Below, piece by piece: positions 17,550 through 25,231 of a DNA stretch of 64,000 nucleotides (the first letter of the stretch is position 1; each line of letters opens with the position of its first letter). The DNA comes from Candidatus Gottesmanbacteria bacterium RIFCSPLOWO2_01_FULL_39_12b. Its GTDB lineage: Bacteria; Patescibacteriota; Microgenomatia; 2-02-FULL-39-11. Under the pieces are notes generated by a model, which saw nothing but the letters and a program-made list of their open reading frames with translations, ran no database searches and was not told where the DNA came from. The position numbers were made by a program, and so were the translations under genes. The DNA lies in NCBI GenBank assembly GCA_001780955.1, contig MFJR01000007.1, positions 342,171 to 406,170 on the forward strand, in the 5' to 3' direction.

Positions 17550-19577
17550 ATGATCTCACTTAACACTCTGATCTCTGAATTGAGAATGATAGGATTGGTA
17601 TACTCACGCAAATTAAATAAGTTGGGTGTTAACACGGTTGGTGATCTCCTGTATCATATCCCGCGCCGCTATGAAGATTATTCTCTTCAAGTAAAAATTA
17701 AATCTCTCGAAAAAGGAGTAAAAGTAAGCGTCAGGGGTACAATCACCTCGATATTTAATATCTACAGTAAATATGGCAAGAAATTACAAAAAGCGGTCTT
17801 AACCGATGATACAGGAAATATAGAGATAATCTGGTATAACCAGCCATATTTAATCACATATCTGAAAGCCAACCCAGATATTATTATTGCGGGAGAGGTA
17901 AAACTTTTTGGGTCTAAGCTAATTTTTGAATCCCCCGATTATGAAATTGTTAATAGATCACCGATACATACCGGTAGACTTGTTCCAATTTACCCTGAAA
18001 CATCGGGTCTTTCCTCAAAATGGCTCCGCTCCCGAATTAATACTATTCTTAATCAACTAAATCCTCAAATATCAGATTTATTATCTCTTGAAATTTTAAA
18101 CAGATACCATCTTATTTGCGAGAAAGAGGCAATTAGCCAAATTCATTTTCCAGATTCTTTTCTTAAAGTTGAACAGGCAAGAAGGAAATTATCTTTTAAT
18201 GAGCTATTTTTATTTCAAGTTGGAAACATGCTTAAACAAAGAGCCTGGAAAAATCAAAAGGTTCTATTAAAATTTCAAACCGGAAAATTTCCTGATAAAA
18301 TAAATGCATTTATTAAGAGACTGCCTTTCAAATTGACCTCTGATCAGAAAAAAGCCATAGAAGAAATAATAGCCGATTTAGGAAAAGATAAACCAATGAA
18401 CCGCCTCTTAGAAGGAGAAGTAGGGTCCGGTAAAACAGTTGTTGCTGCTATTTCTCTATACTTATGTCATTTAAATAAATGTCAGGGTATTTTAATGGCC
18501 CCAACAGAAATTTTAGCCCGTCAGCATTACGACGTTATATGTCATTATTTCCAAAAATTTAAAATTAAGACCGTGCTTTTAACAGGTAACACTAAACTTG
18601 ATGATAACCGGTGGAATATCATTATCGGTACTCACGCACTCATCTACAGATCAGATATCTATTCTAAAGTCGGTCTGGTTATCATCGATGAGCAGCAGCG
18701 TTTTGGAGTTGAACAAAGAGCAAAACTCAGGAGCAAAGGCAGTAATCCGCACTTACTGACCATGACCGCCACTCCCATTCCTAGAACAATTGCTTTAACT
18801 CTTTACTCTGATCTGGATATGTCAATTTTGGAAGAGATGCCAAAAGGAAAAATAAATGCCAAAACCTGGATTATAGGAAACGAAAAAAGAGAGAGTGCCT
18901 ATAAATGGATCGAAAAGCAAATTAAAGAAAATAAAACTCAAGTATTTATTGTCTGTCCTTTAATAGATATATCTGAAACCCTCGAATCAGTAAAATCGGT
19001 AAAAGACGAATATCAGAAACTAAAGGATATTATTTTTCCTAATCTTAGAATTGGACTACTGCATGGACAGCTTTCCCCAAAAAGAAAAAACCTTGTTCTG
19101 AGGGATTTTTCACTCCAAAGATTGGATATTTTAGTTACTACACCGGTGGTTGAAGTAGGAATTGATATTGCCAATGCCTCAATAATTATAATAGAAGGAG
19201 CCGAACGTTTTGGTCTCTCACAACTGCATCAATTAAGAGGTAGAGTAGGACGACGTAGTCAAGAGTCCTTTTGCTTATTGTTTTCTGATTCAAAAAATGA
19301 AAGAACACTGGAAAGGTTAAAATATATTACCACCACATTTAGTGGACCTAAATTAGCAGAAATCGACTTGAGGTTAAGAGGTATGGGGGAAATATACGGT
19401 GCAAGACAACATGGTCAGGGTCTTTTTAACTTTGCTGACCTGACCGATTTGGTTTTAATAAAAGAATCAAAAGAAGCGGCCGATCTGATTTTAAAGGAAG
19501 ACCCAAATCTAAATGGCTTTCCCCTCTTGCGGGACAAACTTAAACAGGATAAAATACAGAATATCGCACAGGATTGA
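17550..19577 (+). CDS. recG: ATP-dependent DNA helicase RecG
   Basis: GEVGSGKT, IIDEQQRFGV, TATPIPRT and RGRVGRR motifs. I prefer ATG 17550 (MISLNTLISEL) over the track's TTG 17502. Confidence 0.9.
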   Translation: MISLNTLISELRMIGLVYSRKLNKLGVNTVGDLLYHIPRRYEDYSLQVKIKSLEKGVKVSVRGTITSIFNIYSKYGKKLQKAVLTDDTGNIEIIWYNQPYLITYLKANPDIIIAGEVKLFGSKLIFESPDYEIVNRSPIHTGRLVPIYPETSGLSSKWLRSRINTILNQLNPQISDLLSLEILNRYHLICEKEAISQIHFPDSFLKVEQARRKLSFNELFLFQVGNMLKQRAWKNQKVLLKFQTGKFPDKINAFIKRLPFKLTSDQKKAIEEIIADLGKDKPMNRLLEGEVGSGKTVVAAISLYLCHLNKCQGILMAPTEILARQHYDVICHYFQKFKIKTVLLTGNTKLDDNRWNIIIGTHALIYRSDIYSKVGLVIIDEQQRFGVEQRAKLRSKGSNPHLLTMTATPIPRTIALTLYSDLDMSILEEMPKGKINAKTWIIGNEKRESAYKWIEKQIKENKTQVFIVCPLIDISETLESVKSVKDEYQKLKDIIFPNLRIGLLHGQLSPKRKNLVLRDFSLQRLDILVTTPVVEVGIDIANASIIIIEGAERFGLSQLHQLRGRVGRRSQESFCLLFSDSKNERTLERLKYITTTFSGPKLAEIDLRLRGMGEIYGARQHGQGLFNFADLTDLVLIKESKEAADLILKEDPNLNGFPLLRDKLKQDKIQNIAQD

Positions 19578-19606
19578 TTAATTATTTCATAAAAAAACAA
19601 AAATAA

Positions 19607-19765
19607 ATGACACCTTTACCAAAACGGCGTCACTCGACAAGAAGATCAGGAAAGAGAGAAAAGGCTAATTTAGCAGTCAAGCTAAATCAAAAATTTTCCT
19701 GTAAAAAATGTGGGGCTTCTAAGTTAATGCATAGAGCCTGTCCAAAATGCGGTTTTTATAGATGA
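19607..19765 (+). CDS. rpmF: 50S ribosomal protein L32
   Basis: Not in the ORF track (52 aa). My translation is MTPLPKRRHSTRRSGKREKANLAVKLNQKFSCKKCGASKLMHRACPKCGFYR, with an L32 N-terminus and a CxxC..CxxC zinc ribbon. The stop overlaps the nusB ATG. Confidence 0.85.
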   Translation: MTPLPKRRHSTRRSGKREKANLAVKLNQKFSCKKCGASKLMHRACPKCGFYR

Positions 19766-20121
19766 AAAATAACGATGATCCTCGTCACCTGCGGCGTGTA
19801 AAAACGGTACAAGATCTTTTTGCATTTAGTTTTAATCCTGAATCGGTTAATGGTTTAAACGGCACAATCAAAAATATCGTTAATCAAATAAACTTTCTGG
19901 ACGAACTAATATTAAAAGCCGCCCCTCAATTTCCCGTAAATAAAATTGCCAGAATAGATGTTTCTATACTCAGACTGGCGCTTTTCGAACTTTTTATTTC
20001 TAAATCAGAACCTCCCAAAGTAATCATAGATGAAGCCATCGAGTTAGCCAAGGAATTGGGTGGTGAAAGCAGTTCTTCATTTATTAACGGAGTTCTGGGA
20101 TCCTTGGTAAAAAAACAATAG
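19762..20121 (+). CDS. nusB: transcription antitermination factor NusB
   Basis: ARIDVSILRLALFEL... PPKVIIDEAIELAKELGGESSSSFINGVLG. Confidence 0.9.
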   Translation: MKNNDDPRHLRRVKTVQDLFAFSFNPESVNGLNGTIKNIVNQINFLDELILKAAPQFPVNKIARIDVSILRLALFELFISKSEPPKVIIDEAIELAKELGGESSSSFINGVLGSLVKKQ

Positions 20122-20144
20122 CAATATTTAAGATCTATAAAATT

Positions 20145-20834
20145 ATGATCGATTTAAAAATATTAGAAAAGAAATTAAATATAATTTTCCATAATTCCTT
20201 ACTGATTCAGCAGGCTTTTATCCACAGGTCTTATTTGAATGAAACTAATAAACAAATAGAGTCAAATGAAAGATTAGAATTTTTAGGTGACAGTATCTTG
20301 TCGTTTCTAGTTTCAGAATATTTATATTCTACTTATAAACATTTACCTGAAGGCGAGCTGACTAATCTGAGGTCAAGTATTGTAAAAACTACGGCTTTAT
20401 CATCCGTGGCAAAATCGCTTGATTTGGGTAGTTTTTTGTTTCTCTCAAAAGGTGAAATTGAAGGAGGAGGCAGAGATAACCCATCCATATTAGCAGATAC
20501 TTTTGAAGCATTATTAGGTGCTATCTATCTTGATCAGGGATTAAAGGTGACTAATAAATTATTGTCTTCTTTTTTATTTCCTATTCTAGAAACAGTTATT
20601 AAAGAGAAATCATATAAGGATTCCAAAAGTAAATTTCAGGAAATTGTTCAAAACAAGACAAAATTTTCTCCAATTTATAAAGTAATAGAGGAAAAAGGAC
20701 CTGATCATGCAAAAGAATTTACCATCGGAGTTTATGTTAATAATCAACTTTGGGGCTGGGGTTATGGAAAAAATAAACAGGAAGCAGAACAGCTAGCCGC
20801 ATCCAATGCCCTTGAGAAGTGGCCCGAGAAGTAA
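20145..20834 (+). CDS. rnc: ribonuclease III
   Basis: ERLEFLGDSIL signature, ADTFEALLGAIYLD, and a C-terminal dsRBD (KNKQEAEQLAASNAL). Confidence 0.95.
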   Translation: MIDLKILEKKLNIIFHNSLLIQQAFIHRSYLNETNKQIESNERLEFLGDSILSFLVSEYLYSTYKHLPEGELTNLRSSIVKTTALSSVAKSLDLGSFLFLSKGEIEGGGRDNPSILADTFEALLGAIYLDQGLKVTNKLLSSFLFPILETVIKEKSYKDSKSKFQEIVQNKTKFSPIYKVIEEKGPDHAKEFTIGVYVNNQLWGWGYGKNKQEAEQLAASNALEKWPEK

Positions 20835-20847
20835 TATAATACCAGAT

Positions 20848-21078
20848 ATGTCTACCAGTATTCGGCTAAAGAAAATCGGCAGAAAAGGTGTTCGGTTCTA
20901 TCGAGTTGTCATTATGAACAAATCTTTTAATAGAGACGGTAAGGTTCTTGAGAGTATAGGCTTCTACAATCCGGACACTCAACCACCGCAGATAAAAATT
21001 AAAAATGACTCGTTACAAAAGTGGCTAGCTAAAGGGGCTATTATCAGTGATTCAGTGCGTAAGATAATAACTATATGA
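20848..21078 (+). CDS. rpsP: 30S ribosomal protein S16
   Basis: MSTSIRLKKIGRKGVRFYRVVIMNKSFNRDGKVLESIGFYNP. The track start 20806 overlaps rnc and is unlikely to be real. Confidence 0.9.
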   Translation: MSTSIRLKKIGRKGVRFYRVVIMNKSFNRDGKVLESIGFYNPDTQPPQIKIKNDSLQKWLAKGAIISDSVRKIITI

Positions 21079-21305
21079 TTGAATTAATTAATTATTTAAT
21101 TGGACAAATCGTAGATCACCCAAAAGAAATAAAAGTTGAGGAGAAGATAGTCGGAGATAATAGTTATCTCTATTTCCTTCAGGCGAATAAAGAAGATATC
21201 GGTAAAATAATTGGAAGAGATGGAAAAATGATTCAGGCCATTAGAAATATCTTGAAGATAATGGCAATTAAAGAAAATAAACAAATCAGGCTAGAAATTC
21301 TGTAA
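21075..21305 (+). CDS. KH-domain RNA-binding protein (YlqC/UPF0109-like)
   Basis: 76 aa with IGKIIGRDGKMIQAIRNI (GxxG KH motif), in the conserved position after rpsP. Confidence 0.8.
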   Translation: MIELINYLIGQIVDHPKEIKVEEKIVGDNSYLYFLQANKEDIGKIIGRDGKMIQAIRNILKIMAIKENKQIRLEIL

Positions 21306-21331
21306 TATGCGATAGAAAAATTTTTAAACTC

Positions 21332-22027
21332 GTGGTAATCACAATTCTTACACTTTTCCCGCAAGTCTTTAGAGAAATATTTGAATTTTCTATCGTGGGT
21401 AAAGCTTTGAAAAAAGAACGGGTAAAAATTGAGATTGTCAATATTAGAGATTATGCACAGGACAAGCATAGAACTGTTGACGACAAACCATACGGGGGCG
21501 GTACGGGTATGTTGCTACGGGTTGACGTTTTAAATCGAGCTATAGAAGCGTCAAAAATAAAAATATCAGAAGGCAAACTAAAATTTAAGGAAAAAATTAT
21601 TTTATTAGATCCTTCCGGTAAAATTTTCAACCAGGCAAAAGCCAGAAAATATTCTCATTTAGACCACCTAATTCTTGTTTGCGGACATTATGAAGGTGTT
21701 GATAGCCGAATTAATAATTTTGTGGACGAAAATATCTCAATAGGACAGTACATCCTAACGGGAGGTGAAATACCGGCTATTGTAGTTACAGATAGTATCG
21801 TCAGATTAATTCCAGGTGTTTTGTCTAAAAGGGAAGCAACAGAAATTGAATCTTTTACCAAAAAAGATCTTCTGGAGGCACCTCAATGGACAAGACCTTC
21901 TAGTTACAAACAGTTAAAGGTTCCAAAAATATTATTAAGTGGAGATCATGGCCTCGTTAAACAATGGAGATCGGACCAAGCTTTAAAAAGAACAAGGCAA
22001 AATATTAAATTTTCACTGTCTAAATAG
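21332..22027 (+). CDS. trmD: tRNA (guanine37-N1)-methyltransferase
   Basis: ILTLFPQVF, DDKPYGGGTGMLL and YILTGGEIPA motifs. GTG start. Confidence 0.95.
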   Translation: MVITILTLFPQVFREIFEFSIVGKALKKERVKIEIVNIRDYAQDKHRTVDDKPYGGGTGMLLRVDVLNRAIEASKIKISEGKLKFKEKIILLDPSGKIFNQAKARKYSHLDHLILVCGHYEGVDSRINNFVDENISIGQYILTGGEIPAIVVTDSIVRLIPGVLSKREATEIESFTKKDLLEAPQWTRPSSYKQLKVPKILLSGDHGLVKQWRSDQALKRTRQNIKFSLSK

Positions 22028-22744
22028 ATCATTTTTACCCGTAACTATACTTCCGTCTATAATCTCATTTTTGACCTCGGGTAAATTTGCAATTTTTGAC
22101 ATTAAATCTTGCCCGTTTTTATCTATAATTGGCAAAGGAGTATCGATAGCACCAATAGATGAAGGTAATGGACTATAGAATGCATACCCTGTAAAAGAAG
22201 CATTTATTAAGTCTTCTGATTTATAATCCCATTGAATACTCTTTATTGAGACAATTCTACCTGAAAAACTCGAAAGTAAAGAAATAAAATTTTGAAATTG
22301 TCTATAACTTCCCAAGATTGCAAAAGATATCGGCAGATTATAAATATTTTTACCAGGTCCTTGTGTTTTGTTGGCCGACCCAGTAGAAATAGTTCCTAGC
22401 TGAAAATCTGTTCTTATAATGGTTATACCTGTAACTGATTGTAAATTATCAAACATTGTAAACAGGGATACATAATCTTTATCAGGGGGTAAAATTTGTT
22501 TAATTTTAGTAAAATTATCTTTATATTCTGTCTGATCGAGAGAAACTAAAATTGTTTCTTTTTTTTTAAGCTCTTGTAATTTCTTTCCTACTTTACTCTG
22601 CTGCAGAAAAATTTGTTGGACTTTATCAAAGTTCGGTAGCAATAAATAAATACTTAAAAATATAACTATAATTATCACAAGAAGAGAGGCAAGTATAATC
22701 TCGTACTTTTTAAAATTTTTAGCAAATAGATTAGAAGTGTTCAT
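22013..22744 (-). CDS. pilO: type IV pilus assembly protein, PilO-like
   Basis: Bitopic protein with an N-terminal TM, then a coiled coil, then an alpha/beta domain. It is the last gene of a pilM-N-O series with overlapping junctions. Confidence 0.55.
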   Translation of the reverse strand: MNTSNLFAKNFKKYEIILASLLVIIIVIFLSIYLLLPNFDKVQQIFLQQSKVGKKLQELKKKETILVSLDQTEYKDNFTKIKQILPPDKDYVSLFTMFDNLQSVTGITIIRTDFQLGTISTGSANKTQGPGKNIYNLPISFAILGSYRQFQNFISLLSSFSGRIVSIKSIQWDYKSEDLINASFTGYAFYSPLPSSIGAIDTPLPIIDKNGQDLMSKIANLPEVKNEIIDGSIVTGKNDLFRQ

Positions 22745-23298
22745 TGGAAAATAGATTTATCGGCCAGAAAGGATATATTAAATAAATATTTACCTTTTTG
22801 TCTGACAATCCCATCAGCTTTAATATTTGAAATCAAATGATTATTGTCTTTCTCCATCAAGAAGGTTATAAAATTATCTAAAGAAGCTGATGATGAAGCA
22901 ACAACGGAAAAGGAAACATTTCCCTGATCATTTACGGAAATAGTAGATATCTTTATAGTAGAAGAAGGAAGTTCCGATATTTGATCAAGTAGAGGTAGAT
23001 AATTTTTTTGGGATCTTGCGATTTGGTCAATATTTTTCAACATCATTGAAATAAAAGTATAGATTCCTTCGGTTGTTTGAAAGCTCGAAATTTTTTTTTC
23101 TAAGTTATCAACTTCCAAATTTAAATTATTGAATTTAGTTATATTTGTATTTACAAAGATAATTGAAAGTAAAAATAAGATTACAAATATTAGTAAACTA
23201 ACGGTAGCAATTAAGGGGAGGTAAAATTTTAAGCGCTTAACGCGTCTACTTTCTACTTCTGAAGGAATAATTAGATTTATTTTATGTTTAACGATCAT
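22741..23298 (-). CDS. pilN: type IV pilus assembly protein, PilN-like
   Basis: INLIIPSEVESRRVKR followed by a TM helix, which is the typical PilN N-terminus. Its start overlaps the pilM stop. Confidence 0.55.
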   Translation of the reverse strand: MIVKHKINLIIPSEVESRRVKRLKFYLPLIATVSLLIFVILFLLSIIFVNTNITKFNNLNLEVDNLEKKISSFQTTEGIYTFISMMLKNIDQIARSQKNYLPLLDQISELPSSTIKISTISVNDQGNVSFSVVASSSASLDNFITFLMEKDNNHLISNIKADGIVRQKGKYLFNISFLADKSIFQ

Positions 23299-24323
23299 TA
23301 TATTTCCTTTAACCCTAGTCCAACAGCTGTGGTATATATTGGAGAATCAGGAGTTATTATGGGTAAGATCTTTGGGTCTACAGAAAGACAGGAAAAAGGG
23401 TTACAAATTTGAGAATCAAGTCCTAAGTTTTTTGTTGTTGCTAAGACTAACCCGGGTAACTTTGTGCTACCACCTGTTAATACTGCAGTGGAAACTTTTT
23501 CATTCTGGTACTGCTCTTTGAAATAAGCAATAGTTTTTTCTATTTCTTCAAATAGGTTGATTATGAACGGGTTAATTATTTTAGCTATTTTACCTTCAAG
23601 TTTATCTGAATCAAGACCATAAGTTTTTTTATATTCTTCTGCCTGAACATGTTCGAATCCTAATTCTTCAGAAATTGCTTTGGTAAATATCGTACCTCCA
23701 ATTGGTAAAGATTTTGTAAATATTAAGATATGATCACGCATGAGGGCAATTTCACTGCCATTACCTCCAATGTTGACTATCAGAACATTAGTCAAAGTAG
23801 GTAAACAACGTCCGATCGCCCTTGCAGTTGCCAATATTTCTGTCTCAATCGCGACTGGAGTAAGACCGGCTAATGTCATAATTCTCATATATTGTTCTAT
23901 TAACTTAATCGGTGCAGCTACAATAAGTACTTTCATTTTTTTTGTATCTAAATTTTGGTCAATAATGACATAATCTATTTTTACATTACTTAACTGCCAG
24001 GGGATATACTGTTCTGCTTCCCACTGAATACTCGAAGAAAGTTCTTTTTCTGACATGAGTGGAACCTCTATTATGTGAGTTATAACTCTTGAAGAGGGCA
24101 GAGAAGCTGATACCTCGACAGTTGATATTTTCATGTCGTTTACTAATCTGTTAATACTGTCGCCCAGGATTTTTTCATCGTTGCTGTTATTAACGTTTAA
24201 TGTGTTAATGGGGGTAGATATAAAGCCCGCAGCCATAAGGATGTTAGAAGCTTTATTTCGGGCAATCTGAACTGCTTTTATACTATGTGTACCGATATCA
24301 AGTCCAATAAGAATCTTTGACAT
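23298..24323 (-). CDS. pilM: type IV pilus assembly protein PilM (actin-like ATPase fold)
   Basis: IGLDIGTHSIKAVQI N-terminus, VNIGGNGSEIAL and LTGGSTKLPGL. Confidence 0.85.
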   Translation of the reverse strand: MSKILIGLDIGTHSIKAVQIARNKASNILMAAGFISTPINTLNVNNSNDEKILGDSINRLVNDMKISTVEVSASLPSSRVITHIIEVPLMSEKELSSSIQWEAEQYIPWQLSNVKIDYVIIDQNLDTKKMKVLIVAAPIKLIEQYMRIMTLAGLTPVAIETEILATARAIGRCLPTLTNVLIVNIGGNGSEIALMRDHILIFTKSLPIGGTIFTKAISEELGFEHVQAEEYKKTYGLDSDKLEGKIAKIINPFIINLFEEIEKTIAYFKEQYQNEKVSTAVLTGGSTKLPGLVLATTKNLGLDSQICNPFSCLSVDPKILPIITPDSPIYTTAVGLGLKEI

Positions 24324-24334
24324 AATGGGTTTAT

Positions 24335-25231
24335 TTAATCATTTGTTTCTACAAACAAGCCAAAATCAAGAAGAGTTGGCATGGCGGTAAATCCTTGAAC
24401 AACTTTTATTTTCCGTACAATTCCGGTTTCAGTTTTTCCGATCGAGGTAATAGTTTTTCCCTGATCAGGAAAAAAACCAGTGTTATAGGGTTTCACTCCA
24501 ATAGGAGTATTTATATATCTGGGTTGAATTCTTAGTGCTAATAAAGTACCAGTAATACCAAATCCATTAGGTGGACCCGAACCATGAGGTGGATCCAAAG
24601 TGGGTATCAGAGTAACTTTATAGGGAAATTTACCATTACAATAAGGTCCGCTTAGATCTATATCTACGTCCGGAACTGTGTAAAAATTATTGCCTCTAGT
24701 ACCTGTAGAATCTGCGTCATAAGCACCCTTTGCCACTTTATAAACTGCACCTTCTTTATAAATCAGACTTACAATAATAGCCGGTTTTGTTATATTATCT
24801 TTCCCAAAACAGATATCAAAAGAATCATCGGCTGAGTAAGAAACAGTTTCATTAAGAGATCCATCTGTATTGTGATTAACTAACCAGACAGTTTGCGTAT
24901 TACCAACTTCGGTCAAAGGTAACATAAGCACTCCTGAACTTAATCCTAAAATTTCAGTTGTATATGAGACAGTAGCATTAGAAACCGTGAAATTAGCTGA
25001 AGATGGTGCACCCGTGTATGAACCTCTTAGAGCTGTTTCAATACCAGCTTCCGCCGCTGAAAAAGCCCGGCCCGACTGTTCGATTTGAGAACTTATTCGA
25101 ACGTCTGTAACAGTTCTTGAAATAAGCGATAATCCTACAGTTAAACCTACAATAGTCACAAGAACCAATATAAGGACAATCTGACCTCTTGAATTTCGAA
25201 TTATATATTTTAGATTCTGAATTTTTTTCAT
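24335..25231 (-). CDS. PilX-N-terminal-domain-like pilus-associated protein
   Basis: SRGQIVLILVLVTIVGLTVGLSLISRT....QSGRAFSAAEAGIETAL resembles the PilX N-terminal domain pattern (hydrophobic segment followed by A..AAEAG). It lies immediately upstream of pilM. Confidence 0.5.
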   Translation of the reverse strand: MKKIQNLKYIIRNSRGQIVLILVLVTIVGLTVGLSLISRTVTDVRISSQIEQSGRAFSAAEAGIETALRGSYTGAPSSANFTVSNATVSYTTEILGLSSGVLMLPLTEVGNTQTVWLVNHNTDGSLNETVSYSADDSFDICFGKDNITKPAIIVSLIYKEGAVYKVAKGAYDADSTGTRGNNFYTVPDVDIDLSGPYCNGKFPYKVTLIPTLDPPHGSGPPNGFGITGTLLALRIQPRYINTPIGVKPYNTGFFPDQGKTITSIGKTETGIVRKIKVVQGFTAMPTLLDFGLFVETND

